A program made the translations under genes and the position numbers. From assembly GCA_964440805.1 (NCBI GenBank), contig CAYTTR010000007.1:9795-73794 (forward strand): a stretch of DNA of 64,000 nucleotides, in the 5' to 3' direction. Below the pieces are notes generated by a model. That model had not been told where the DNA came from, ran no database searches, and saw only the letters and a program-made list of their open reading frames with translations. This DNA comes from an uncultured Eubacteriales bacterium (lineage in GTDB: Bacteria; Acidobacteriota; Aminicenantia; Aminicenantales; Aminicenantaceae). Shown in pieces: positions 45,935 to 56,257 of this stretch. Every line of letters begins with the position of its first letter. Within the stretch, counting starts at the first letter, position 1.

Positions 45935-47548
45935 TCAATCAGTAAAAGATTCCAGGCGAGAGGAGAACTTAGATTTTCTTAATTTTCTGATGGCTTTGGC
46001 TTCGATCTGCCTTATTCTTTCTCTGGTAACATTAAAACGCTGTCCCACTTCTTCCAAAGTATGTTCATTACCGTTTTCTAAGCCGAATCTCATTTTTAGA
46101 ACTTCTGCTTCTCTTTCAGTAAGGCTGTCCAGAGCCTCTTCAATTTGTTCCTTCAAATTAATATGGACCACAGTATCCTGGGGCAAAGGAGCTTTTGTGT
46201 CCTGAATGAAGTCTCCCAGGAAACTATCTTCTTCTTCATTGAGGGGAGTATCTAAAGAAACAGACATCTGGGAGATTTTCATGATTTCTCTTACCTTGTG
46301 GACAGGAAGCTTCATTTTTTTGGAGATTTCTTCACAGGTAGGCTCTCTTCCTTTTTCTCTGACTAAATTATAAGCTGTTTTCCTTAGCTTGTTGATTGTT
46401 TCGATCATGTGAACAGGAATACGGATGGTTCGAGCCTGGTCGGCAATAGCCCGGGTAATAGCCTGTTTAATCCACCAAGTGGCGTAAGTTGAGAATTTAT
46501 ATCCCTTCCGGTAGTCAAATTTTTCAACTGCCCTCATTAAACCGATGTTGCCTTCCTGAACCAGGTCAAGAAACTTAACTCCTCGGCTGGTGAACTTTTT
46601 TGCCACAGAGATAACAAGTCTCAGATTGGCTTCCACCAGCTCCTTTTTTGCCTGGTCGATTAGTTTTTGTCCTATGGCTATGTCGCGGAGAACCTTTCTG
46701 AAAGTCTCTGGATCAAGCCCGATTTCGCGATGAATGGATTTTAATTCATTGTTGATTTGCTTCAGTTGCTTGTTGATATTTGCTTTTTCTTTTTTATCTG
46801 CTTTATCCAGTATTACTTTTCCTTCCTCCAGTTTTTCTTCAAAGAGGTTCATGGTTTTCAATTTTTCAAACAAATCAAAGATTACTCTCTGCCAGAATTG
46901 AGGTCTGAAGTCGAGCTCTCTTACTGCCCGCATGATAATTACAATCTGGCGTCTCCTGTTGAAGGAGGATTTTTTAGTGGCTTGAGCAAAGTCCAGATGG
47001 GAACTCAGATTCTTGATGCGGGCGATTTTATGGAGATAATAATCTTTTTTTTCCTCAATATTTCGGGTTTCTTCATCTCCCTGTTCAAAATATTCCTGGA
47101 TCTTCTGGGGATCGGACTTTATAATCTCTTTCAGAGCAAGAATGCAATCCAAAGCTATTTTTGTCTTGGATAAAGAATTTGTTATTAATCTTTTTCCTCT
47201 TTCGATCTGTTTCGCCAGAACCACCTCGCCTTCTCTGGAAAGAAGGCCGATATTACCCATTTCCTTGAAGTAGAGTTTGACTGGATCAGTGGTTCTTTCC
47301 AAACCTTCGTGGGTGTAATCCAGTTCTTCTTTTTTTCTTCCAGGTCCTTCTACTCCCATGGCTTCAAAATCGGGCAGAAATTCATCAGCACATTCTTCGG
47401 CGAAAAGCTTGCCTACCAGGGATTTAGGAATATCTTCAAGATCAAGATAACCTCCGTTTACTCCCTCAGAAATGAGTTCATAGATATATCCCTTTCTTTT
47501 CCGGGATCTCCATTCCTGGTTGTTTTTTGTTGTTTTTTGTAAACGCAT
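45935..47548 (-). CDS. rpoD: Primary RNA polymerase sigma factor RpoD (sigma-70)
   Basis: Regions 1.2 to 4 are present: [54 protein letters not shown] (2.1-2.4/3.0) and [28 protein letters not shown] (4.2). Confidence 0.9.
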   Translation of the reverse strand: MRLQKTTKNNQEWRSRKRKGYIYELISEGVNGGYLDLEDIPKSLVGKLFAEECADEFLPDFEAMGVEGPGRKKEELDYTHEGLERTTDPVKLYFKEMGNIGLLSREGEVVLAKQIERGKRLITNSLSKTKIALDCILALKEIIKSDPQKIQEYFEQGDEETRNIEEKKDYYLHKIARIKNLSSHLDFAQATKKSSFNRRRQIVIIMRAVRELDFRPQFWQRVIFDLFEKLKTMNLFEEKLEEGKVILDKADKKEKANINKQLKQINNELKSIHREIGLDPETFRKVLRDIAIGQKLIDQAKKELVEANLRLVISVAKKFTSRGVKFLDLVQEGNIGLMRAVEKFDYRKGYKFSTYATWWIKQAITRAIADQARTIRIPVHMIETINKLRKTAYNLVREKGREPTCEEISKKMKLPVHKVREIMKISQMSVSLDTPLNEEEDSFLGDFIQDTKAPLPQDTVVHINLKEQIEEALDSLTEREAEVLKMRFGLENGNEHTLEEVGQRFNVTRERIRQIEAKAIRKLRKSKFSSRLESFTD

Positions 47549-47682
47549 CTCTATTAATTAAAACTATTTAGGTTTAAAAATAGTTGCAGATTTTTATTAT
47601 AAAAATATAGCTTTTTTTATTCTAACATAAAAAAATTAAAAACAAAATTTTTTTTTGCAATGCATAAGCTTTTCTGTTTCCG

Positions 47683-49191
47683 TTACTGAGTTTTTTTCTT
47701 TTTTTCCGGGAAAAACTTGGACAACACTTCTTTTTCCGGCGGTTTAGTGAAGAAGGAAATAATTACCAGGCTTAACAGAGCTACACCAAGAGCAGGATAA
47801 ATTATAGGAATACCAAACGGATCTCCGTTGGGATCGCCCACGGGAACCATGATAGAAGGCCAGATATAGCCTGATAACTTAAGAAAGACAGTAATTATTG
47901 TTCCCGAGACTATTGAAACCAGTCCGGCAACCCTGGTGACTCTTTTAGATGCCAGGGCTCCAATAAGGGCGGGAGTAATAGCTGCTCCATAGATGGTATA
48001 AGCAAAATAAGCGCTTTCCAGGACTGAAGCCATTCTGGTAGCCATAATGTAAGCCAAAATTCCCAGGACTATTATCAAGCCTTTCTGCAGAATGACTTTT
48101 TTTCTTTCCTGAGCTTGGGTTTTTTCTGTTTCTTTTCTGATATAACGTACGTAAATATCCCTGATCATTGTTGTGGTCGGGGAAAGCAGGTAATTCATTC
48201 CGGTTGAAATCACTACGGCAGTGGCTGCACCCAGAAGAAGAACCCCAACCGGAAGAGGAATCATTCTTTTGGCTGCCTGAATGATTACTTCGGCAGCATC
48301 CATGGTGCCGCTTTGTATTTCAGGCCAGAAGTGGGCTGCAGCAAAAACTGCGATTACGATGGCTACGGTTTCCACAATAATAGTTCCAAAAACCCATAAT
48401 CCGGCTGCTTTCCGGGCCTCCTTGGGGGATCTGGCAGCATAAAATTTCTGGTACATGCTCTGGACTCCCAGGAGCAGGAGCAAGGTGGATAAGCCTATGG
48501 CCGGTATTTTTAAATATGGATTTCCCCCGAATTCCGAGCTAAATACATGGAAATGCGACTCAGGCAGAATTGTTTTTAGGGTGCTCCATCCTCCGGCTGC
48601 CCACATTACCAAGGGGGTAGAAAGAATGGTTGATGTAAGAATGATAATACCGTTGGGAAGGTCGGTATTGGCAACAGCAATCATTCCCCCTATAGCGGTG
48701 AAAAGTGTTACAAAAAGGAAAGCCATGAAAGTTCCCTGCTCCTGAGATATTTTTCCATCAGAGATGGCATTAAGAATATAACCACCAGCCTTGAATTGAT
48801 AGCTGACGATCACCGTAAAGCTTATAATAATGGCAATAGCTCCTACTATTCGGGCCAGGCTTCCATAGCGAACTTCGAGGATGTCTCCAACTGTGTATTG
48901 ACCGAATGTCCTTATTTTAAAGGCCAGAAAATATATGATAATAATTCCTATCCAGGCTCCAGCTGGAAGCCACAGAGAACTCCAGCCAGCTTTAACTGCA
49001 AATTCAGCGCCGGCAATAAAAGTTCCACTTCCAATCCAGGTACAGATAAGAGTGAATACCATTTTGTAGATGGGGATACTTCTGCCGGCTAGCATCATGT
49101 CGTCACTATCTTTTACTTGCCTGGATTTCCAGAAGTTCATTATGGTTAAAGCGACTAAGTAACAGAGGATAATGATAATGTAAGTATTCAT
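47683..49191 (-). CDS. Sodium:solute symporter family (SSF) transporter
   Basis: About 13 TM helices and SSF-type N-terminal region ...NFWKSRQVKDSDDMMLAGRSIP...GSGTFIAGAEFAVKAGW; 502 aa. Confidence 0.7.
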   Translation of the reverse strand: MNTYIIIILCYLVALTIMNFWKSRQVKDSDDMMLAGRSIPIYKMVFTLICTWIGSGTFIAGAEFAVKAGWSSLWLPAGAWIGIIIIYFLAFKIRTFGQYTVGDILEVRYGSLARIVGAIAIIISFTVIVSYQFKAGGYILNAISDGKISQEQGTFMAFLFVTLFTAIGGMIAVANTDLPNGIIILTSTILSTPLVMWAAGGWSTLKTILPESHFHVFSSEFGGNPYLKIPAIGLSTLLLLLGVQSMYQKFYAARSPKEARKAAGLWVFGTIIVETVAIVIAVFAAAHFWPEIQSGTMDAAEVIIQAAKRMIPLPVGVLLLGAATAVVISTGMNYLLSPTTTMIRDIYVRYIRKETEKTQAQERKKVILQKGLIIVLGILAYIMATRMASVLESAYFAYTIYGAAITPALIGALASKRVTRVAGLVSIVSGTIITVFLKLSGYIWPSIMVPVGDPNGDPFGIPIIYPALGVALLSLVIISFFTKPPEKEVLSKFFPEKKKKTQ

Positions 49192-49541
49192 TGCACTCTC
49201 CTTCTATTAAATAATAAAGAATTATCCTTTTATTCTTTTGTATTTATTTTTTAAGAAGAAAGCAATCATTTTTTTATATAAAAACAACAAAAATTTTAAC
49301 TGGATTTAAATTTTAAGTACTTTCCCCGCCGAGCCAGAAGTTAAATCAAGAATATTCTATAAAGTAAAATCTAAAATTTCAAATATCAAGTAAATCTTTT
49401 TGATTATCTTCCATTTATTTCAAGTATACCCTCTCAGCCAGTGGTTTTATCCAAAAAATATGGAAGAGAAACATTTTTTATCATCTTAATTTGGAAAAAA
49501 ATAATGAAAAAGATAGTTCTATTGGATATAATTGTCTTAGC

Positions 49542-49570
49542 TTGACAGGCAGATATGTTCATCTTAAAAT
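49542..49570 (+). promoter_or_regulatory. Consensus-like sigma-70 promoter TTGACA-N17-TAAAAT upstream of the sdh/rieske/kor operon
   Basis: TTGACA (49542-49547), 17-nt spacer, TAAAAT (49565-49570), about 90 bp upstream of the sdhC-like start at 49659. Confidence 0.45.
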
Positions 49571-49658
49571 TAGATGTCTATAAAAACGATAGAAAATATG
49601 TAGATTGGAGATGGTTTATTATTCTAAAATGGCAGTAAAAAAATAGAGGGGAGTTTTC

Positions 49659-49967
49659 ATGTTTGTCTGGATATTTCACAGGATTTCGGGGCTGCTTTTA
49701 ATTGTTCTCCTGACCATTAAATTCTTGACTTCATTTTTCTTAATGACTAAGGGACAAAAACCTGACTGGGCTCTTGTCCTTCATACCAATCCTCTTTCCG
49801 ATACCCTGCTTATCATAAGTGGTGTTTTCCATGCCTTTTATGGTCTGAGAACAATCATCCTTGATATGGGAATTCGTAGGGAAAAAACTTTATTCTGGAT
49901 TTTCACTTTCCTGGCCGGGCTGGCAAGTGTTCTGTTGCTTTTGCTCTACTTCACCCGGGATTATTGA
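49659..49967 (+). CDS. sdhC: Succinate dehydrogenase/fumarate reductase small membrane anchor (cytochrome b-like, 3 TM, conserved His)
   Basis: 102 aa with three hydrophobic helices and His residues (FHRISG, HTNPL, FHAFYG), immediately upstream of sdhA. Typical position and size for an Sdh membrane subunit. Confidence 0.55.
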   Translation: MFVWIFHRISGLLLIVLLTIKFLTSFFLMTKGQKPDWALVLHTNPLSDTLLIISGVFHAFYGLRTIILDMGIRREKTLFWIFTFLAGLASVLLLLLYFTRDY

Positions 49968-49968
49968 G

Positions 49969-51666
49969 ATGCTTTCTCATGATGTGCTCATTGTTGGAGG
50001 TGGACTGGCAGGCCTGTCAGCAGTTCTGAATATCAGCCCCTCGCTTGATGTAGCGGTTGTTTCCAAGGTTCATCCTCTTCGTTCTCATTCAGTAGCGGCC
50101 CAGGGTGGAATAAATGCAGCCCTGGGAAATCATCCTCAAGGACATGATGACAGTTGGGAAAAACATGCCTTTGATACCATCAAAGGAAGTGATTATTTAG
50201 CTGACCAGACTGCAGCCGAAATTATGTGCCAGAGAGCTGCCTCTGTTTTATATGAGCTGGAACATCTTGGTGTGCCCTTCAGCCGTTTTCCCGGAGGTGT
50301 TATTGCCCAGAGGCCATTTGGAGGGGCCGGCTTTCCCAGAACCTGCTATGCCGCTGACAAAACCGGTCTTGTTTTGCTCCATACATTGTACGAACAATCG
50401 CTAAGAAAGAATGTCAAATTTTATTCAGAATGGCTGGTTACAGAATTAGTGGTCAAGGATGGCCGGTGTTACGGAGTAGTGGTTTTTGATATGAAAAGCG
50501 GAAGCATACTTCCGGTAAAGGCGCGGGCAGTAGTTTTTGCTACCGGAGGATACGGACGTGTCTACCTTAAGTCCACTAATGCTTTAATTAATTTTGGGAG
50601 CGGCATAGGCATGGCCTATAGAGCAAAAATTCCCTTGAAGGACATGGAATTTGTTCAGTTTCATCCCACTTCCCTGTTTGGAAAAAACATTCTTATTACA
50701 GAGGGAGCCAGGGGAGAAGGGGGTTACCTTCTTAACAAAAAGGGAAAACGGTTCATGGCTGATTATGCCCCTTCTTCCATGGAGCTGGCTCCGCGGGATA
50801 TTGTAGCCCAGGCTATTCAGACAGAGATAGACAAGGGCAACGGCTTTGAAGGGCAATATGTTCACCTCGATCTCCGGCACCTGGGGAAAGAGAAGATACT
50901 CAAAAGGCTACCTGGTATTCGCGAAATATGTATTTATTTCGGAGGATTTGATCCGGTGGACACACCTATTCCCATTCAACCAGCCCAGCATTATTCCATG
51001 GGTGGAATCGATGTGAGTGAGAATTGTGCTTCTCCTGTTGAAGGCTTTTATGCCGCCGGAGAATGTGCTTGTGTCAGTGTCCATGGCGCCAACCGGCTGG
51101 GAGGAAATTCCCTGCTGGAAGCAGTGGTGTTTGGCAAAGTGGCTGGAGAGTCGGTCTCGGATTATGTCGAAGGGAGTTATGAAGACGAAGAAGGTGAAAA
51201 AACGATCCAGAAAAAAGCTGTTTGGCTTAGCAGAAAAGTGGATATGCTTATGAAAAAGAGGAGCGGTGAAAATGTTTACCACTTGTTACGGCAGTTGAAA
51301 GACTTGATGAGTGAAAAAGTTTGTATATTCCGCAATGAAAAAACCTTGAAAGAAGCGCTAACTGAAATCCATCAGCTCCGGGAAAAGTACAGGCAGGTTT
51401 ATATTTGCAGCGACTGCCTGACTTACTGCCAGGAGGTTATTACTTTGATTGAATTCGAATCCATGTTGGATATCTCTGAGGTGATAACACTTGGTGCCTT
51501 GAAGCGCCAGGAAACTCGTGGTTCTCACTGCCGGGTGGATTATCCCAAAAGAGATGATCAGAACTGGCTTAAACATACTCTCATGACAGACAGAGAAGGC
51601 AAGCCGCAGGAAAGTTACAAAGAAGTAATTGTTACCCGCTATAAACCCAGAGAAAGAAAGTACTGA
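49969..51666 (+). CDS. sdhA: Succinate dehydrogenase / fumarate reductase flavoprotein subunit (true start MLSHDVLIVGGG at 49969)
   Basis: DVLIVGGGLAGL Rossmann motif, RSHSVAAQGGINAA (covalent-FAD His region), and HPT...GGY/CxRxDYP motifs. The ORF-track start 49861 is an upstream in-frame extension overlapping sdhC. Confidence 0.9.
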   Translation: MLSHDVLIVGGGLAGLSAVLNISPSLDVAVVSKVHPLRSHSVAAQGGINAALGNHPQGHDDSWEKHAFDTIKGSDYLADQTAAEIMCQRAASVLYELEHLGVPFSRFPGGVIAQRPFGGAGFPRTCYAADKTGLVLLHTLYEQSLRKNVKFYSEWLVTELVVKDGRCYGVVVFDMKSGSILPVKARAVVFATGGYGRVYLKSTNALINFGSGIGMAYRAKIPLKDMEFVQFHPTSLFGKNILITEGARGEGGYLLNKKGKRFMADYAPSSMELAPRDIVAQAIQTEIDKGNGFEGQYVHLDLRHLGKEKILKRLPGIREICIYFGGFDPVDTPIPIQPAQHYSMGGIDVSENCASPVEGFYAAGECACVSVHGANRLGGNSLLEAVVFGKVAGESVSDYVEGSYEDEEGEKTIQKKAVWLSRKVDMLMKKRSGENVYHLLRQLKDLMSEKVCIFRNEKTLKEALTEIHQLREKYRQVYICSDCLTYCQEVITLIEFESMLDISEVITLGALKRQETRGSHCRVDYPKRDDQNWLKHTLMTDREGKPQESYKEVIVTRYKPRERKY

Positions 51667-52397
51667 TGATTTTTAGGTTTCATGTGTTCAGGTACAATCC
51701 GAAGAGGGACCGGCATCCTCGCTTTCAGATTTTTAATCATGAGGCCAGACTGGAAGATTCGGTCCTGGAAGCATTGATGTCTATCCGGGACCATCAGGAC
51801 TCATCCCTTTCCCTGCGCTATAGCTGCCGAGCTGCAGTTTGCGGCTCTTGCGGAATGGTAATCAACGGCCGGATTACTCTGGCCTGCCGGACAACTCTCG
51901 AATCCTTGAAAACAAATGAGATCACCGTGGAACCTCTCCCGAATCTTGAAGTCCAGAAAGATTTGATGGTAGATATGGAGCCATTCTGGGAAGCCTTGAA
52001 ATATGTTGAGCCATATCTTTTTTCCAGAAAAAAAAGACCGGAAAAAGGATACCGGATAGAGGAAGAAGAGATGGAGAAGATCTATCAGTTCATAAACTGT
52101 ATTATGTGCGGTTGTTGTTATAGTTCCTGTCCAGTGGTTACCCGGGATGATAGGTACATAGGTCCTGCCTCCTTAGCTAAATTGTTTCGCTTTATCAGGG
52201 ATACCCGGGATATCCGGCCTTTTTCCCGATGGTCAAAAATAGACCGTCCTGAAGGCGTTTGGAGCTGTGACACTGTGTTCCGTTGTAATGAGGTCTGCCC
52301 AAAGGAAGTTAGGCCGGCCGATGGAATTCAGGCTCTGCGAAGAAAATTGATAACTGAAAAAATAAAAGAATTATTCAGGAAAAGTAATGAAGATTAA
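51666..52397 (+). CDS. sdhB: Succinate dehydrogenase / fumarate reductase iron-sulfur subunit
   Basis: [2Fe-2S] motif SCRAAVCGSCGMVINGR, [4Fe-4S] CIMCGCCYSSCP and [3Fe-4S] CNEVCPKEV. The start overlaps the sdhA stop. Confidence 0.9.
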   Translation: MIFRFHVFRYNPKRDRHPRFQIFNHEARLEDSVLEALMSIRDHQDSSLSLRYSCRAAVCGSCGMVINGRITLACRTTLESLKTNEITVEPLPNLEVQKDLMVDMEPFWEALKYVEPYLFSRKKRPEKGYRIEEEEMEKIYQFINCIMCGCCYSSCPVVTRDDRYIGPASLAKLFRFIRDTRDIRPFSRWSKIDRPEGVWSCDTVFRCNEVCPKEVRPADGIQALRRKLITEKIKELFRKSNED

Positions 52398-52854
52398 ACA
52401 TTCTCTTTTCACCAGACGGCGTTTTTTGAACAGCTTGATTGGTGGCTGGGCGGCTGCCTTAGCGGCATCTTTTCTTCAACCGTTGCTGAAATTCGTTTTT
52501 CCTCCTTATAAGGAGCCAGATGAAGTTAGTTTGCCTTTAGCTGATTACCAGCTTCTCGAACCTAATTCATTTAAGAACTTTGCCTGGGGAAGCAAACCGG
52601 GAATTCTTCGCCGGAAGGAGGATGGAACATTTTCAGCCTTTGTAGGAGTCTGCACACATCTGGATTGCAATGTTACCTATCTCCCAGAGCAAAGAAAGTT
52701 CTACTGTGCCTGCCATGATGGCTGGTATGATGAAAGCGGCAGAAATATTCAGGGTCCTCCTCCTAAGCCCCTCCGTACCTTGCAGGTGGTTATTGAAGAA
52801 GAATTTATTCTAATCAAAAAAGAAGCAGCCAAGGGAAGTTCAAGTGGCAATTAA
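52387..52854 (+). CDS. Rieske [2Fe-2S] protein with Tat signal (bc/b6f-complex type)
   Basis: Twin-arginine leader FTRRRFLNSLIGGWAAAL; Rieske boxes CTHLDCNV and CACHDGWY with correct spacing. Confidence 0.85.
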   Translation: MKIKHSLFTRRRFLNSLIGGWAAALAASFLQPLLKFVFPPYKEPDEVSLPLADYQLLEPNSFKNFAWGSKPGILRRKEDGTFSAFVGVCTHLDCNVTYLPEQRKFYCACHDGWYDESGRNIQGPPPKPLRTLQVVIEEEFILIKKEAAKGSSSGN

Positions 52855-53908
52855 AAGTATCGGTGACTGGCTTGATGAACGGGCAGGTTGGGAACAAATC
52901 CTTCGCTTTTTAAGAAATAAAGAGGTTCCTCAACACAAGCACACTATCTGGTACTATACGGGAAGCGCCATTCTTGTTTTTTTCTTTATTCAGGTAATTA
53001 CCGGTGTTATGCTTCTTCTTTATTATAAACCGACTCTAAACCAAGCTCACCAGAGTGTGGAAAGGATTATGACCGAGATTCATTTTGGTTGGATTATCCG
53101 TTCCATTCATTCCTGGTCAGCCACTTTTATGATTGCTTTTGTCTTTGTTCACTTGTTAAGTATATGGCTTATGAAAGCTTACCGGAAACCAAGAGAGTTG
53201 ACCTGGGTGAGTGGAGTGTTTTTGCTGGTTGTATCCTTGGCCTTTGGTTTTACCGGTTATCTCCTTCCCTGGGATGAGTTATCACTGGCTGCAACCAAGG
53301 TGGGGACTGATATTCCCAGAACCATTCCCACAGTAGGAGACTGGGTGACCAAGTTCCTGAGGGGAGGAGAGGATGTTACTGGTGAGACCTTGACCAGGTT
53401 TTTCGGTTTTCATGTGAGTGTTTTACCTTTGCTTGTATTTATATTTATGGCCTTCCATATTTATCTTGTCCAGAAACACGGAATGAGTGTTCCTATTTCT
53501 GATGAATTAAAAAAGAAGAAAATTCCGTCTCTTCCCTTTTGGCCTAATTTTGTCTTCCGGGAGATGGGTTTCTGGCTGGTATTAATAGGATTTTTGGTGA
53601 CGATTGCTGTCCTTTTACCTCCAGGGCTTAGACCAGAGGCAGACTTAATGGCTCCCACTCCTGAAGGAATAAAACCTGAATGGTATTTCCTTTTTCTTTT
53701 CCAGACTTTGAAGCTTTTTCCAGCCAATGTCTTATTTATGTCCGGGGAGACTCTGGCCGTCCTGTTAATACTTTTGGGCGGGATGCTTTTCTTTCTTCTG
53801 CCTCTTATTGATAATAAGCCTGAAACAAAAAAAGGGAAAATCATTACTGCCCTGGCTTATATTTTTGTCTTTTACGCTGTAGTAATGTCTATCTGGAGTC
53901 TTTTGTGA
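52844..53908 (+). CDS. Cytochrome b of a Rieske/cytochrome b complex (fused cyt b6 + subunit IV-like)
   Basis: 354 aa multi-TM protein; cyt b N-terminal block ...YYTGSAILVFFFIQVITGVMLLLYYKP...IHFGWIIRSIHSWSATFM...VHLLSIW with conserved heme-ligand His positions, and PEWYFL motif in the C-terminal part. Confidence 0.8.
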   Translation: MAIKSIGDWLDERAGWEQILRFLRNKEVPQHKHTIWYYTGSAILVFFFIQVITGVMLLLYYKPTLNQAHQSVERIMTEIHFGWIIRSIHSWSATFMIAFVFVHLLSIWLMKAYRKPRELTWVSGVFLLVVSLAFGFTGYLLPWDELSLAATKVGTDIPRTIPTVGDWVTKFLRGGEDVTGETLTRFFGFHVSVLPLLVFIFMAFHIYLVQKHGMSVPISDELKKKKIPSLPFWPNFVFREMGFWLVLIGFLVTIAVLLPPGLRPEADLMAPTPEGIKPEWYFLFLFQTLKLFPANVLFMSGETLAVLLILLGGMLFFLLPLIDNKPETKKGKIITALAYIFVFYAVVMSIWSLL

Positions 53909-54213
53909 AACGGCAGAATATTTTCATCTGTTTCCTGATGATAATTATTTTAATACCTTCTGTTCTTCAGTCCGTGTCCTTTCAGGGCGTGACAAAGCAG
54001 GAAGTAATTAAAGAAAACAAAGAAGAAAGCAAAGAGGTTCAAGTTGGGCCACAGGATATTCAGGAGAAAACTTCGGTTTATTTTTTTCTGGGTTGGATGT
54101 GGTTTTCAATTGGCATTCTTGTCTATTTCCTCCGGATGAAAATAAAGGAGCTTGACAGGCTGACAAGCTACGGATACCAAGCAGGCCAAGGTGGTATAGA
54201 TGACAAAGAATAA
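53905..54213 (+). CDS. Small two-TM membrane protein of unknown function, translationally coupled within the sdh/rieske/kor operon
   Basis: Start overlaps cyt b stop (ATGA). N-terminal signal or TM then a second hydrophobic helix FFLGWMWFSIGILVYFL. No CxxCH heme-c motif. Confidence 0.4.
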   Translation: MKRQNIFICFLMIIILIPSVLQSVSFQGVTKQEVIKENKEESKEVQVGPQDIQEKTSVYFFLGWMWFSIGILVYFLRMKIKELDRLTSYGYQAGQGGIDDKE

Positions 54214-54517
54214 GGCGGTTAACGAGGCCAGAAGAAAAAAGATAGACCCGGTTATCACCTGGGCTCCTGAATACTGCAAACATTGTTTTACCTGTATCAA
54301 TATCTGTCCGGTGGATAATTTGAAGTTTGAAGGTGATGAGATGGTAAGTTTAAACAAATGCATCCAATGCCAGTTATGCATGAAATACTGCCCGGATTTT
54401 GCCATTGAAGTTCCCCCCAAAAAGAAGCCCCGGGAAAAAGTGATAAAAAACAAGGCAAAGTCAAGTGAAAATAAAGCATCCCAGACAACCAAGAAAAGCA
54501 TGGAGGCAGGTTCATAA
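54200..54517 (+). CDS. korD: 2-oxoacid:ferredoxin oxidoreductase delta subunit (2x[4Fe-4S] ferredoxin)
   Basis: CKHCFTCINICP and CIQCQLCMKYCP motifs, 105 aa, directly upstream of korA/korB, i.e. the typical delta-alpha-beta-gamma order. Confidence 0.75.
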   Translation: MTKNKAVNEARRKKIDPVITWAPEYCKHCFTCINICPVDNLKFEGDEMVSLNKCIQCQLCMKYCPDFAIEVPPKKKPREKVIKNKAKSSENKASQTTKKSMEAGS

Positions 54518-55533
54518 TGAAACGCCTGATTATGGGGAACGAAGCAGTTGCCCGTGGAGCCTTGAAGGCAGGAATGGATTTCTTTGCTGCCTATCCTATT
54601 ACTCCAGCTTCGGAAATAATGCATTTTTTGGCCGAAAAGGAGGGCGAAATAGAATTTGTCCATGCCGAAGACGAGATTGCTTCCATCCACATGGCAATCG
54701 GAGCAAGCTTGGCCGGGCGAAAAGCCTTGACCTCCACTTCAGGGCCGGGAATGTCTCTTAAACAAGAAGGGATCGGCCTGGCTCATATGATGGAAGTTCC
54801 TCTGGTCGTAGTTAATGTTCAGAGAGTTGGCCCAAGTACTGGTATGCCCACCCTTCCTTCTCAGGGAGATCTTCTCCAGACTCATTACGGGAGCCATGGT
54901 GATTATAATCCTATTGTCTTTTATCCGGCCTCTGTGGAGGAATGTTTTCGCTATACCATGGAAGCTTTCAATGTTTCTGAAGAGTCAAGAAGTCCGGTGG
55001 TTGTTCTTTTGGACGGATTTCTGGCCCACCTTTCAGAAACAGTGGATTTGACGAAGATTAGAGTTAAAGTTAAGCCGAAAGTCATTCCTCCTCTTAGCCG
55101 GGGGAAAAGGCATTTTACCGGTTTGCTGGCTAAAGATGGAGTACCGGTAACTGATGATACAGCCTATTACAGGGAATGGTATAATAGAGTTAAAAGCAAA
55201 ATTCATAGAGCGGTCAGGAATTGCCGTTTCTATGAATATCTTGAGAATAAAAGAAGCAACACAATGCTTATTGCCTATGGTATTACCGCCCGGGTCATCC
55301 GTCCTCTTAAAGAAAAATATTCTATTTTCCGGCCCATCCGTATGTTTCCTTTTCTCTCAGAGGAACTCGAACAAGCTGCCTCTAAACACCGGAAAATTGT
55401 GGTTGTGGAAATGAACGACGGCCAGTATGCAGGACAAGTGCAGAAAACACTAAAGAGGGAAGTCGTGTCTATTCCGGTGCTTGGTGGAAAAATTCATCTG
55501 AAAGAAATAAAAGAGGCTCTTAATGAACTATAA
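54517..55533 (+). CDS. korA: 2-oxoglutarate/2-oxoacid:ferredoxin oxidoreductase alpha subunit
   Basis: MKRLIMGNEAVARGALKAG...AAYPITPASEI...SGPGMSL...VPLVVVNVQRVGPSTGMPT is the conserved KorA/PorA N-terminal region; 338 aa. Confidence 0.85.
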   Translation: MKRLIMGNEAVARGALKAGMDFFAAYPITPASEIMHFLAEKEGEIEFVHAEDEIASIHMAIGASLAGRKALTSTSGPGMSLKQEGIGLAHMMEVPLVVVNVQRVGPSTGMPTLPSQGDLLQTHYGSHGDYNPIVFYPASVEECFRYTMEAFNVSEESRSPVVVLLDGFLAHLSETVDLTKIRVKVKPKVIPPLSRGKRHFTGLLAKDGVPVTDDTAYYREWYNRVKSKIHRAVRNCRFYEYLENKRSNTMLIAYGITARVIRPLKEKYSIFRPIRMFPFLSEELEQAASKHRKIVVVEMNDGQYAGQVQKTLKREVVSIPVLGGKIHLKEIKEALNEL

Positions 55534-56257
55534 AGATTATATCAAGTGGGAGAGGATGCCTACTACCTGGTGTGCCGGTTGTTCCATTGGTATTGTTTTC
55601 AAGCAGCTTGCTTTTTCTCTTGAACATATGCTAATCCTTAGAGATAAACTTACAGTAATTTCCGGAATCGGTTGCAGCGGCCGGGCAGCTGGATATTTCG
55701 ATGTAGACAGCGTTCATGTTACTCATGGACGAGCCCTGCCCGTAGCTGAAGGCATAAAAAGAGGAAACAAGGAACTGAATGTCATTGTTTTCAGTGGAGA
55801 TGGGGATCTGGTCGGCATAGGAGGCAACCATCTCCTTCACACTTCCCGCCGCAACATTGATATGACTGTCATCTGTATTAACAATGAAATCTACGGCATG
55901 ACGGGAGGACAGATGGCACCAACAACCAAAGAAAAAGCCAAAACCTTGACCAGTCCCCATGGGAATATTTACAGCCCGTTGAATCTGCAGGGAATCATTA
56001 CTTCCAATGCCAGATATTTTTATGCCAGATGTTCGGCTTTTAATCTCAATCATCTGCAAAAGGCTATTAAAGAAGCCATTGAATGGAAAGGCTTTGCCTT
56101 TCTTGATGTGGCCTCTTTTTGTCTTGAAAATTATGGGCGAAGACTGGGTTTCAAAAATGGTTATGAAATGCTCTTTCAATTGAAAAAAGATTTCAAGCTT
56201 AACCGTAATCCGGAAGGCTTATTGAAAGACAATGAATTGGGGATTTTGAAAAAATGA
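55523..56257 (+). CDS. korB: 2-oxoacid:ferredoxin oxidoreductase beta subunit (TPP-binding)
   Basis: WCAGCSIG... GIGCSGRAAGY...GDGDLVGIGGNHLLHTSRRN...MTGGQ includes the TPP-binding GDGD motif and the Cys cluster ligands. Confidence 0.85.
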   Translation: MNYKDYIKWERMPTTWCAGCSIGIVFKQLAFSLEHMLILRDKLTVISGIGCSGRAAGYFDVDSVHVTHGRALPVAEGIKRGNKELNVIVFSGDGDLVGIGGNHLLHTSRRNIDMTVICINNEIYGMTGGQMAPTTKEKAKTLTSPHGNIYSPLNLQGIITSNARYFYARCSAFNLNHLQKAIKEAIEWKGFAFLDVASFCLENYGRRLGFKNGYEMLFQLKKDFKLNRNPEGLLKDNELGILKK

